The notes under the pieces are model-generated. The model had not been told where the DNA came from and made no database searches. It saw nothing but the letters and a program-made list of their open reading frames with translations. A stretch of DNA of 64,000 bases from the human T2T-CHM13v2.0 reference genome, Homo sapiens. The stretch's first letter is position 1; the number at the start of each line of letters is the position of its first letter. Made by a program: the position numbers and the translations under genes. The DNA is taken from NCBI RefSeq assembly GCF_009914755.1, contig NC_060935.1; one strand, written 5' to 3'. This document shows positions 42,850 to 56,760 of the stretch, one piece after another.

Positions 42850-44584
42850 TGGACCAAAACATTAAAGGGGAAGCAGTGTCCCTTGAGGCCACTGTGGTAG
42901 TGGCAGTGGCCTGTTATTGTGAGCTCATTGATGGTACAGGTTGTTTCTTATCTCTAGTCTCTATTAGATGAACAGTGGATATTGTATCCCTTCTGCCTAA
43001 ATTGATGCTGGGAACTAGCAGATGCTCAAAAAGCATGTAGGGAACTGTTGGAAGTCCCAAAGGGAGATATATTTCTGGGGTCTAAGAGGAAAAGCTACAG
43101 GAGCCCAGCCACAATCCATCTATTTAAAATAAAGATGTGGTTTTAAGGAAAGTGGTTTCTCTAGAAGTTAGGTATGACTCCTAGATACCTAGCTAGGGTG
43201 GATATTCATGCTAAGACAGAAGAGGGGTATATTTTTTAGCAGAAGCAGAGTTGTAGCTTTATTTCATAAATGTTTTGAGTGTCTACTATATTTCATTTAA
43301 AATATAAGAGCTTTCTGGCTATAGTGTGAAGAACAAACCATAGTAGAGAAAAAGAGATAAAGAGCTCTGTTGGGAGTAGATGAGTATCAGACTAAGGCAG
43401 CTACAGCTAAATTAGCACCAGAATAGTTCGTTCTGTCACTGAAGCCATGTCTGCTACACCAGTGATCCCTTTACCCTTACTCTTACTTATTATCTCAGAC
43501 AGTGGATGGGTTCAGTGGGCCAAATACACTCAGAAGATAGAGCCTAAGATAAAATCTCTTCTACCCACTTTACTGGGGATATGGCAATTATCAGGCACTG
43601 CTATCAAGTGTTTGGACCAAGACTGATGGCTCCTTTCTAAGTCCTTCCATAACTACTACCCTACTAAAGCCTCTGAACCCAAGGGAACGGCAGCCTGGCT
43701 GTGCCAAAAAAAGGGGCTCCCAGCTTCTCACATTCTGAAGCCGGATTTCCCTTTTCTGGGTTCCCAGAGAGGCCAGATTTGACAACAATAAAAACTTCCA
43801 GGAAATTCCTAGGAGGTTTAATTTCCTAATCCTTCTCTCGCATAGACCCTCTTTCTTACCCCTTCCCCTCACCAAGAGGAAGGAGCTTATCCTGGAGCCC
43901 AACATCCTCTGCTGAATGTCTCCACCCCTTTGGCCAAACTGGTGGAACATCTGAGTTCTTGGGTCCTCTCCTCCCAGGCCCATTCAGGGGGTTGAAGGGA
44001 ACACATTAAGGTAATGTGTGATCCTGCCTCAAAACAGAGGACTGATTGCAGTATCCCCTGAAGGTTCGCAGGGTACTAGATTGTTTAAGGAAGTTTCACT
44101 TGCAGATTGTCACTCCCCTACCCCTGTCAGGAAGTAATCTTTCTCTAAGAAATCCCAAGCACTCATCTCTAGGAGACCAGATGTCAAAACACAACCACCT
44201 CTGGCAACATTTGGAATTATAGGATGCATTCCCATGTAAACTGGCATTAAGAAAAACAAAATTGCACTAACCAAAAATAACCCAAATTTAAGGACCAGAA
44301 GCATAAGCCATGAATTTACTATCTCAGGTAGACTGAGCATTTGGATAATTCTCATTCTCCAGAAATCCCACAGGAAGGAAAAAATAAATAAATTTATATA
44401 TATTCATATAAAGACTTTTATCTATTGTGCAAAGAGAGGGTCATCTGGCTCCCCAGAAGGTTCTCAACCCCATCAAGACTGTCCATTTTACATCTCTAGC
44501 TCCAGTTCTTCTCAGAGAGTAAAAGTGCTCCAAAGGCCTGTGATCATGGGTACTGATTAAGGGCTGCAGACTCTTCAGATCCAG

Positions 44585-44869
<285 letters not shown>

Positions 44870-45213
44870 CTAGAGGGAGAATTATCCAAGAGACAGCAGA
44901 GTCAGGCAAAACTGCAGAGGCATTTAACTTTACACCATTCCCAAAGGTAAGGTCCATCCACACATAGAAAGACCTCCCCCTCCCCTCGCCAATCTGGCAT
45001 AGTCAGTGTTACACAAAGGGGTCGTTTATAGGCAGTTGTGCAGAGGTATATTCACATCGACTTCAACTAACTTAAGACACAGTTTCTAATTTAGTTAGCA
45101 GCACTGGCCCATAAGTGAGTACCCAAGGTTAATTCTGCATAGTTCTCCTTTTTCCAACCCCCACCCCCAGGGAGCAAAGGGTGGGATTTTGAAGGCAGAT
45201 AGGTCGCACTCAC

Positions 45214-45282
45214 TGTGAGCCAGAAGTCAGCCATGCGCATGGCTCGTTCGTTAGTGTCTCCCAGCTTCCCATAGTCGATGAG
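45214..45282 (-). CDS. MRPL17: MRPL17 exon 2 ([23 protein letters not shown])
   Basis: Acceptor CAG at 45285-45283, donor ACA|GTGAGT; 69 nt, phase 0. Confidence 0.95.
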
Positions 45283-45499
45283 CTGTGAGGACATAACATC
45301 ACGGATCCAACCGAGCAAGAAAACAAGGTGCCAATCTAATTTCTCTAATGCCGGAAGGCAATCCATTCTTTCCACTAGCCAAGCATCTCCAATCTACGCC
45401 ACCCCTAACTCCGCAGCCCTAACCAGTCTTCCATTAGAGGCGATGGAGGGGCGGGTTCAGCCCAAGGTTCTGGGGGACTCAGACTTGGGGAATGGTTTA

Positions 45500-45889
<390 letters not shown>

Positions 45890-46010
45890 TCAGAGCCTGC
45901 CTCGTTGGCAATCTCGGGAAGGGCGGAGAAACGGTGTTGAGCTTTTCCAGAGGCGGCGAGCTGGGCGGGCTTCAGGCATCCAGAGCGCTCTGTGGCGGCC
46001 GAAGAACCAG

Positions 46011-46023
46011 GCGCCCCCTAGTG
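46011..46023 (-). promoter_or_regulatory. Candidate CTCF site
   Basis: GCGCCCCCTAGTG (reverse complement CACTAGGGGGCGC) matches the CTCF core. Confidence 0.65.
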
Positions 46024-46507
46024 TGGGATAAGCGGGCCATCGGGTTTTTTTTGGGGCTGCGTCAGCCAGTGGCATTTAGGGCGATGGGGCGCTCCGCCGC
46101 GGAGACTCCTGGGAAAGAGAGCGTCTGAAGAGAAAGGCACCCGGAGGGTTCGGGGTCCTGCGGGCTGACGGCCCTACCGGGTCCAGCAGTGGCCAGCTGG
46201 CCTGGTTGACACCTGTACGCATTGTTTTTAACACAGTGATTTTCAGTAGTAATGGTGAGATGGATAATAACGATGCCCGGAAAAGAAACGCAGATAGTGA
46301 AATTTTTCTTTTATTGAAGTAATCACTCCAGTTAAAAAAATTACAGCACTAAAGGGAAAAGTAGTAGATTGTTTTTAATTACACCAGTGTGTCTTTTTAA
46401 GGGGAAAAAACATACCTACACATTTATGTGTTAATGAACAATAATATTATAGTTTGTTTTTGAGCCTTAACATCTGCAAATTGGCAATGACTGTCAAAAT
46501 TATTCCT

Positions 46508-47371
46508 TGTTATGGGTTGAATTGTGTCTTCCCCATGATTCTTCCCGTCCCCAAAAAGCTATGTTAAGTCCTAACCTGCAGTAACTCAGAATGTGACCTT
46601 ATGTGGAAATAGGGTCATTGCAGATGTCATTTGTTAAGATGAAGTCATGCAGGCATAGGTGGGCGCCTAATCCAAAATGCCTAGTGTCTAGCTAGCTAGA
46701 TAGATAGACACATATATACGTACATACATATATGCAGGCCGGGCACGGTGGCTCACTCCTGTAATTCCAGCACTTTGGGAGGCCGAGGCGGGCGGATCAC
46801 CTGAGGTCAGGAATTCGAGACCAGCCTGGCCAACATGGCGAAACCCCGTCTCTACTAAAAACACAAAAATTAGCCGGGCGTGGTGGCTCATGCCTGTAAT
46901 TCTAGCTACTCGGGAGGCTGAGGCAGGAGAATAGCTTGAACCCGGGAGGTGGAGGTTGCAGTGAGCTGAGATCGGGCACTGCACTCTAGACTGGGCGACA
47001 GAGTGAGGCTCTATCTCAAAAAAAAAAAAAAAAAAAATGCGCATGAAGAGAGAGAGATGGACACAGGGTGATGCTGACCAGGTAAAGACAGAGACATACA
47101 GGCAGAAAGCCATGTGACCTTGAAAGCAGAGATTATGGAGTCAAGCAGTTGCAAATCAATGAATGAACACCAAGGATTGCTGGAGCACACCTGAAGCCAA
47201 GGGAAAGGTATAAAACGCATTCTTTTTCAGATCTGTCAGAGAGCATGACCCTGCTGCTAACACATCGCTTTCTTACTTCTAGCCTCCAGAGCCACAAAAC
47301 AATAAATTTCTGTTGTTTTAAGTTCCACAGTTTGTGATAGTTTGTTACAGCAGTCTTAGGAAATGAATTCA
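46508..47371 (+). mobile_element. MaLR solo LTR (MLT1B/C-like) interrupted by an Alu
   Basis: TGTTATGGGTTGAATTGTGTC...CAGAATGTGACCTTA...AATAAATTTCTGTTGTTTTAAG...CA; TG..CA ends; flanks TTCCT/CTCCT. Confidence 0.85.
46737..47037 (+). mobile_element. AluS (Sx-like)
   Basis: Full Alu with A tail. Confidence 0.93.
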
Positions 47372-47487
47372 CTCCTCTTTACATGTACATATTCAGTAGA
47401 CGTATAGATTTGTCACTTTGTCAGCTTATAGGTGACCAAAGAACACTTCTTTGCTAATTTTAATTTTGAAAAGTTTCTTTAATATGA

Positions 47488-48025
<538 letters not shown>

Positions 48026-48301
48026 TAAAAACTTGTGAAGAGGTTCTTCTTCAGCAAAAATTAGGTGAAATGAAACATTGATCCATTGTCTTAGAAAATG
48101 CTTACACTTGGTAAAAACAATTGTAGCATCAAACACTGTCCTTTTGACTTTTTCTGGCAATACAAGACCGTCATCTCTTGTCTCTTCTGGTAGTCTTCAA
48201 AATTTGATTCTTTTTTATATGTCAATTTCCTTACATTTTGTTTTTGCAGCATTACTACTGGCTTTCTCTGCAATTTCTGTGGGCTGATATTAACGGAACA
48301 A

Positions 48302-48879
48302 TTTTTTTTTACAGTCCAAGGGTCTTTTATTAGTGGTATTATTTGCACCTATTATGTCATGAATTCATAGGGAATAGGTTCCAGTAGCTCTGGCTCCTCT
48401 CCATTGGTTCTCACCAAGTGTGCTTCTCTTGGTGCAGCAGGCTGGCCTGTCAGCTGAATCCAGGTACCTTTCTCTTTGGCTCTCTTCTTTTTCTGATCAT
48501 TTTCTTTCATGCATTTCAGGAGACTACCTTTTCCCTTAGAGTGTTTAATGTGCTCCATATGCACATTAATTCTTTTGGCAAGAATCTAGCCCTTAACTTT
48601 TTTTTTTTTTTTTCCCTACAGCAATGCTAACAGCATGCTGAGTAACATTATAGACTCTTCCAGTTTTTGCCATGGTAACACTTGTGAGGCATTCCTTTTT
48701 GAACCATACCCATTCCCTTGATGTCTACAGTATCACCTTTTTTATAGACTCCCATGCATGTGGCCAACTCCATGTTTTCTAAAAGGCCTAGAAAACATAC
48801 ACTGGGTGCCTCTCCTGTTTTCCTTGTGTTGGCCATTTTGGTGAATTACCAGAATATGGAGCTTCCAGCCAAAAGGAAG
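48302..48879 (-). pseudogene. Processed pseudogene of ribosomal protein L21 (RPL21), full length
   Basis: Intronless; 5' pyrimidine tract CTTCCTTTT; ATG at 48836; RPL21 peptides [26 protein letters not shown] and [27 protein letters not shown] in different frames; stop 48352-48354, AATAAA 48326-48331, A9 tail; TSD 48290-48304 vs 48880-48894 (13/15). Confidence 0.95.
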
Positions 48880-49162
48880 TTAAAGCAACAATTTAAACCT
48901 TGATGTTTTACTGACTGTATGTTGTTCAAGGCTTATTGTGGCTCTTTGCAGATATTTTTGTGTTTGATTAGCCTTCTTTGAAACTTTACATTAATAAAAA
49001 AATACTCATAAAAGAAAAGTCCCAGAAAACCAAGGTTGTTTGTTTTAAATCTACTGTTTAAAAGCAGGGATATTTTGTACAACAGGAGTTGGAGTCATGA
49101 AATGTACCTGAAGTGAGCCTGAGAGCTAATTAAACTCTTATGAATTTATATCTATAAATATA

Positions 49163-49288
49163 AATAAAACTCTGGTCTCCTGCACAGCTGGCTCTGTGTG
49201 AGTTACTCTTTCTCTATCGCAATTTCCCTGTCTTGTTAAATCGGCTCTGTCTAGGCAGTGGGCAAGGTGAACTCATTGGGTGGTTACA
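49163..49288 (+). mobile_element. LTR8-like 5' LTR, R/U5 portion only
   Basis: First 21 nt identical to 56716-56736 of the 3' LTR; ends ...GGTTACA just before the PBS. Confidence 0.8.
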
Positions 49289-49292
49289 AATC

Positions 49293-49310
49293 TGGGGGCT
49301 TGTCCAGGAT
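49293..49310 (+). other. tRNA-Pro primer binding site
   Basis: TGGGGGCTTGTCCAGGAT vs canonical TGGGGGCTCGTCCGGGAT (16/18; both differences are CpG decay). Confidence 0.88.
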
Positions 49311-50513
49311 TGCCCATGTGGCTACCTGCCCATGGTTTGGTAGTCCCCCTCTGGTGATGGATTCAGATGCCAGCTCAAGCAGCTGCCTAGTTATTTTGGA
49401 CTGGGGGCTGACTCTGGTATTGTCTCTGCTGAAGGGGCACTGGTGACCCAGTGTGCATGGATTTAATTGCAATAGAGAAATAGTCTTGAGGAGATGTCCT
49501 ATAACTGTAGCCCTATCACAAGGTGTCTGTCTGTAGCCCAGTCATGGAGTGTCTGTAGCTGTAGCCTCATTACAGTGTGTCTGGATTGGTGAATATCCTA
49601 GGCACGGCCAACGCCTCCTTCCTTTTCCCGATTGGTTTGATTCCTTTGGGGAGGGGGTCTTGGTTTTTCTGTTGCCCCATGGTGGGGTGTCGGTCTGTAG
49701 CCCCACTGAGGGGCATCTTTCTCAGTTTGGTTCATTTGAGATTCTCGGTTGGCTCTCTCTAATTAGTAGGAAGAGTCTTGGTTTGGGAGACTTCTCAATC
49801 AGGAAGATTTTGGGGAGATTTCTCAGACAGAGAACAGGAGGATAGTTTGGAAGGGATACTCTTGGAGTTCTTGGTTAGGGATCTGATTTGGAAGCCCTTC
49901 TGTCTGTCTTGTCTTTGTATGTGTTTATATATGTGGAGGGGACCTCAGAAGGACTTGCTGATGAAAGTCCAGCAGGCCTAACTCAGAGAACCCTCCTTAT
50001 TTGTCTGGTCACATTCGGTGAGTCCCAAAGAAAGCTCAACAGGCCTGGCTCAGGACGACTATCTGCTCTTCGTCTTGCCCAGAGACCACCCATCAAATTA
50101 CTGGTTGGAGGTCATTCCTCCCCACCTGGAGTGGATCAAAGACAATGGGGACCAATGGGAGAAAGTTTGAGCCTTGCCAGGTCAATACTGGGTGGTGAAT
50201 GAGATGACTAGTGTCTGTTTTGTTATGTATATTTTGCTTTTACAGGGATGGAAAATGTTAGTTTGTTTCCCCATGCAGCCTCTTGGGCAGCATCTTGCAA
50301 AATTGAGAATCTTTTGCTTATGGTTCCATAAGAGAGAAAAGGGTGATTTTCTTTTGTAAAGTGGCTTGACCTCCACAGCTATGGCACAACTAGCAGGGTC
50401 ATCAAAAGCTGCTCTGTTCTTCCAGAAGCTGCAGAGAAAGGGAACCTGGAAACCTGGTATGCTGGCAAAAAGGGTAAGAAATTCTTACCAGCTGGGTTTC
50501 TGTACCTCCCCAT

Positions 50514-50548
50514 CTGTGTGTGTGTGTGTGTGCACGTGTGTGTGTGTG
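50514..50548. repeat. (TG)n microsatellite
   Basis: Interrupted TG repeat inside the ERV. Confidence 0.9.
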
Positions 50549-51231
50549 TATAAATGGTAAACATCACTATTTGCCTTCTCTGCAAGGGTTTGATTAATAG
50601 AAAAAAGGATTTGCGAGACTAGTCAGGCTGTAGCAAATCTGGTTGACTTTGTGCTAAGAATTTGTCTTTCTGTAATGGAGAGAGGGGTATCACAGGATAG
50701 AACGTGGGCTTAGGACCCCAGTAAGCCTGCTTTTCAAGCCAGCCTAGCAGACTGGTCAGTAACAAACTTTGTTGAGGGTCCCTGAAACCAATACCGGATG
50801 AAATTTCTCTGTCTTGTTTAGTGTCCTTAAGAGCTTAACCTTGTGACCATGTGAGGATATTGTCTCTTGGTTTCTGCCATCCAGAGGACAGGAATTTTGG
50901 GGTTCATGTCATAGTTAGCCCTAAAAATTATCTTGAGGAGTTAAGAGCCTTTGCAAGCTTGAAATTGGCTGCTCTAGACTTCTTCTGGGAAGAGTAATAG
51001 AAACTGCTCAATGCTGTGTAGCTCAGTAGCTGAAGCTTTTTTTTTTGACAGTGGTGGCCTGGGTTCAATTCTTGGCTTCTGGAAAGTTTCCTTTCTGGTT
51101 TGTTATTTGTGTAATTTTGCTATTTATTGAGGGTTTTTCCCCCATGGATAGCTTCTGATTTCCTGTCTTGGATTTTCCTTTCTCTAAACTACCCTTGGTA
51201 AACTACCCTTGGGGAGATTGTAAATCTTGCC

Positions 51232-51263
<32 letters not shown>

Positions 51264-52286
51264 CTGCTTATCATCTCTTTGAGACACCTTATATGTCCAT
51301 GGTTAAGTTATAACCTTAGCTAAAACTTATTAATTTCATGTAGAAAGTTACCTGTGGTAGAAATCAAAAGCCAGAAATATCGGCTGTCCTGGCTAGAGTC
51401 TGGTAATAAGAAATTTTAAAGGATTTATTTATTTTTTTAAAAAAGATCTCTATGGTTAAAATCAGCTTAATTAAAAAGAAATATCCAAGCTATATGTATT
51501 TAAGAGGACTTTATCTTTTTCCTCTTCTTGAATTGTGTTTTCCTGAAAAAAGTTTTTTTTCCTTGGTAGACAGAATTGTTCTTTTCCATTTTGTCTTCTT
51601 GCCACTCTTGATGCCCACATGAGAGAATTTAAGATAAATTCTAACAGCCTGGGACTCCTGGGGAAAAGCAGAGGAGGCACCACAGACCCTATTCTGGGAT
51701 AAAGCTCTGTTTTCCTCACAGAAGCCCAGGAATTGAAAGAGAATAGATCCCTTTCAAAATCTAAGGCTCTATTCTGTTTTGCATTGCATTAGGTGACAGT
51801 TTTGACTTTTGTGGGTATCAGAAATTACTTCGCATTATGAGAGAAATTTGGTGTGTAATAACTAGGTAGGAAATTACTTTTGGGGATGGCTAATGGCAGT
51901 TATGGGGGGATACTTGGCTCTTTGATGTTTTGATTAGAGAAGTATGTTCTTGGCCACCTGGAAGATATGGAAACATCTCCAACCCTCACTGAGAGATGAG
52001 ACTCCCATGGGGGATGGGCTGAGTATAAAATGGGCTGATTGGCTTTGGGCTGTCTTACAATGAAATGCATGGTAAAAGCACTGCACTATCTTCTCCTGTC
52101 GTATTTCCCTCTCTTTTGGGGATCTAGGATCCAGTATAAAATGGCACCTTTAATCTTGAGGACCTGTCTTTGCCTTCCAGCTGTGCCTGCTTGTTAGGCC
52201 CTAGAAACTGCATACTTTCCTGGCCCTGTACCTCCAAGGGCTCCACCCTGAAGCCAGTACTCCAATTAAGAAACTGGCAAATGAGG

Positions 52287-52740
<454 letters not shown>

Positions 52741-53056
52741 TTAATGCCTTTTTGTTCACATGACTTTAGTAATCTTTTGGAAATAAAGACAGTTTTAAAG
52801 ATTATTGGTAAAATAAAAATGTCTTCAAAATGTAGACATTTGGTTTAAAGGTCAGATATCAGATCTGCTAAATGCTTTAAGGTTGTAAACTGCTTCTTTG
52901 ACTTTGGAAAATTGTTCAGTTTACCTACTTTGGAGCATTGGACTCTAGACAAGGCCTGGGGACATGTGGAGTTGGCCATGCCCCCTAGCTATGCTAGAAA
53001 GAGTCAGATCTTATCTTCACTTCCGTCTGATGTCCTAGGCCCCACAACTAGTACAT

Positions 53057-53060
<4 letters not shown>

Positions 53061-53088
<28 letters not shown>

Positions 53089-53397
53089 TTTTTATTGATC
53101 ATTCTTGGGTGTTTCTCGCAGAGGGGGATTTGGCAGGGTCATAGGACAATAGTGGAGGGAAGGTCAGCAGATAAACAAGTGAACAAAGGTCTCTGGTTTT
53201 CCTAGGCAGAGGACCCTGCGGCCTTCCGCAGTGTTTGTGTCCCTGGGTACTTGAGATTAGGGAGTGGTGATAACTCTTAACGAGCATGCTGCCTTCAAGC
53301 ATCTGTTTAACAAAGCACAACTTGCACCGCCCTTAATCCATTTAACCCTGAGTGGACGCAGCACGTGTTTCAGAGAGCACAGGGTTGGGGGTAAGGT
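53061..53397 (-). mobile_element. 5'-truncated SVA (SINE-R 3' end) inserted in the ERV
   Basis: Characteristic SINE-R sequence (TTGATCATTCTTGGGTGTTTCTCGCAGAGGGGGATTTGGCAGGGTC...); (TAAA)n tail; TSD TAGTAC(A/G)TAATT at 53049-53060 and 53398-53409. Confidence 0.92.
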
Positions 53398-55484
53398 TAG
53401 TACGTAATTAAAATCTCTTACTTGTCGGGCTTTTCACCAAAAATGAAAGTTGCTAAGGGTTAACATTGTAACATGTGATTGAGACTACTGGAGAAATGGT
53501 TTTACATCCAAAGTGTGTAGGGATAGTAGGATGTGTTTTTGGTAAAAGATTGTAAGTCGGCATGGAAATGTGGCTTTTGTTAAAGAGAATATAATTTTGT
53601 CTAGTTTAGAGGAATTTAAAGATTGTCTTAACCTAAAAGAGTATTGGGACAAAACTGAAGGTTTAAGCAAGTTGAAAAGGGTTTGTGAAGAGTTGGCCTT
53701 ATGAAGAAAGTTCTGTGGGTATGAGTAAGTTGGCTAAGATTTGAAGGGGATTATTTAATTTTTTTCCACATGTTGAATATTAAAATAAAAGCACATTAAT
53801 GCGGGGCCAGAATCTGGGCCCATGTGTCCGAATAACAGAGTTTTCTTAGAAAACTGAGATGCTGTTTAAAGGGTTCTAAAAAATTTATAAAAATCTTACC
53901 TTATGGTCAAACTAATTAAAACTGAATAGATTGATAAACTTTTATTTAGAAACTAGCTATAACATTAAAGATGCAATAATGCAAACATGAAATTTGGTTT
54001 TCTCTCTTTTTTCTTTTTTCAATAAATCAAGGTTTTTATTTTAATTTTTTAATTTTTCTATTTTTTGAGACAGTTTTCTCTTTCCTGGATTTCTCTTTTG
54101 AGAAAGATTTTTATGTAATATTAAAAGATAATGAAAGGTTTTTGTTTTCCCCTTTGGGTAAATGGCAGGGAGAGAGAAGAGACAGATTCAGTTGGCCTCA
54201 TGCTATCTTCATTGGGTCTTGTTTGGAAAGCTAAGTCTGTTCTATCAGAGTAAAGGTTTTCGTCTTAAAAAATTTTTTTTTGAGTTACCACTTCAGATAA
54301 ATGAGCAACCTGTGATTCTATTTTGTGATATAGTGTTCGAAACCTTTGATATTTGACAAACTTTCCAAAATTAAATTAAAAAATATATCATTTTCTGACC
54401 TAATCAATCCTTTTAGACATTAGGTCCTCTGAAGTCCAAAAATGATGTGTTTGGCTTATTTGGTATAAAAATCATACAGGAAGCATTGTCAAATATGAAA
54501 TGGTATTTGGCTATCTTTGGGCTGTACTTATATAAATATGTTATTAGTATTATTTTCAAAATTATTGGAAACTTCTATAATTCTGATGTGATTTAGGGTA
54601 CATTATGTAAAATTGTTGTATGCCACAGAAGTGACCAAAATTTCTAGTCAATTGAGCTTTAATAGTGGCTGTTGTAAGACTTTTGTCATCCACAGACATT
54701 TTGTCTGGCTTTGGTCCTTTTCAAAAGGCAGTTTATAGTCAGATATAGGACTCTGAGTGCAGGCCTCTGATAACTTTAAAAATTGTGCAATTGGAATAGA
54801 GGAAAAACTGAAACTTCTGGGACTCTCATGGAGAGCTGATGTGTTAAACATTGCTAATCCTTTTGTTTTCAGAATTAAGGAAACTTATTTCTTTTGAGCT
54901 ATTTACAACTTTTAGCAAGTGTGTAAAGTATACTCCTGGGAGCAAAATTTGAAGCATATTGCTTTCTCTTTACCTGATTTCTATGGAATTTAGAAACTAC
55001 TTGTGAGTATTCTCAACTTATGGCAGTATAGTTATTTGAATAAGTGCAATGAGAATCTGTTCTCTTCTGAAACAAGACACAATTGGAGAAACTGGTTATT
55101 TTACCAAGGCTTTGACTAAAATGACATGCTTTCTTTAGGGAATCAAAGTTGACTTATAAAGCCAATAAAGCCCCTTGGGAAAGCTTGCCTCATGCATTGT
55201 CTACAGAGTCCTTGTACAGAGTTCCTGACCAGTGGTAAGTAAAGAATGTCGCTTTCTGACAGGCCCAGGAGCCCCAAGTTATCTTGAGACCTTGAGATGA
55301 GGAATTCACAGGTGTTTGGAGGCATAGATAAATCCATGGCTGGGCTTCAAGGCTTTTAAAAAGTACAACCTGAGATTCTTTATAGAACAGTTTCAGCAAA
55401 GCCAATATTAAAAAGAGCCTATGTGAAAAATAATTATTCTTGCTACACTTTATGCAAATAATCAGGCCAAATATGATAAGACTA

Positions 55485-55732
<248 letters not shown>

Positions 55733-56143
55733 TTAGTTGTTCTTCAGTTTTTTTCTGCAGTTTGGACTAAATCTTAAATTCTTTGTGGGCTGCAAGTCCC
55801 CAAACTAGAGCTTTCAAATCTTTGCTTTTAAAACTGGAAATCACACTCCTTATCTTAGTACTCATTATTTACCTTATAATGTGCTGTTCCCTTAAATGTG
55901 GTACTAAAATTATAGATGGCAATACTAATGCCTTTGTCATAGAAGCCTTAGAATCCCAGCCAGGCCTGTGTGAGTATGCTCAGACAGTTGCAAAGTGATT
56001 TCACTCCTCTCACCTTGGGGTCAACACCTACCCCCACTACACCCCTGGTCAGCAGGAAGAATTTAGAGGGGTCTTCGCCCTTTTCCCATCTTCATTAGCT
56101 AACACCTTAAGATTAAGGTGTTATAAAATCCAAAGGGAGAGAT

Positions 56144-56760
56144 TGAAACCACCATTGCAAAATTGTAACTGAGACAGTGAAAAGAGATCTGACCTAACCA
56201 ATTCCATCTTGCTTCTAACCTCCAAGCTGTTCTTGTTCATTCCTGGGCATAGGCTGAACTAACTTTGGGAAGAACTTAATTTATAGTTCATAGCTTAAAA
56301 CAAAGGTGATAACAGGCCTTTTCCAAGGCAAACCCCCATCATGCCTGGGGACTAGACTGCCTTTGTGGGACTAACAAATTAGCCACAAGATTAGAAATTA
56401 TGGTTCAGGAATCATACAGCTGAGGCTACAAGATTCTGACTCTATCTAAACTGCTCCTAATATCAGTGCTTGAGATATTTTACAGTCTCTGCACTTGATG
56501 GATCAGCTGGCACCACCAGATGAATAAACTGGCTCATCTGATCTTGTGGTCCCCACCCAGGAACTGACTCAGTGCAAGAAGACAGCTTCTACTCCCTGTG
56601 ATTTCATCTCTGACCTGACCAATCAGCACTCCCAGCTCACTAACTTTTCCCCCACCCACCAAGTTGTCCTTAAAACCCTGATCCCCGAATGCTCAGGGAG
56701 ACTGATTTGAGTAATAATAAAACTCTGGTCTCCTGCCAAAAAAAAAAAAAAAAAAAAAAA
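56144..56760 (+). mobile_element. LTR8-like 3' LTR, U3-R only, followed by A23 tail
   Basis: Starts TGAAACC after the PPT; AATAAA 56716-56721; LTR sequence stops at 56737 and poly(A) runs 56738-56760; U5 absent. Confidence 0.85.

Noticed and set aside
49130-49162. Target-site duplication for the ERV retrocopy
   Set aside because: Best match to the flank after the poly(A) (GAATTTATATCT vs GAGTAATATATGT) is too weak in AT-rich sequence.
51185-51212. 14-bp tandem duplication TAAACTACCCTTGG
   Set aside because: Ordinary slippage duplication in neutral ERV sequence.
53099-53320. 73-aa ORF MCFVKQMLEG...
   Set aside because: Generic SVA SINE-R-derived frame, not a gene.
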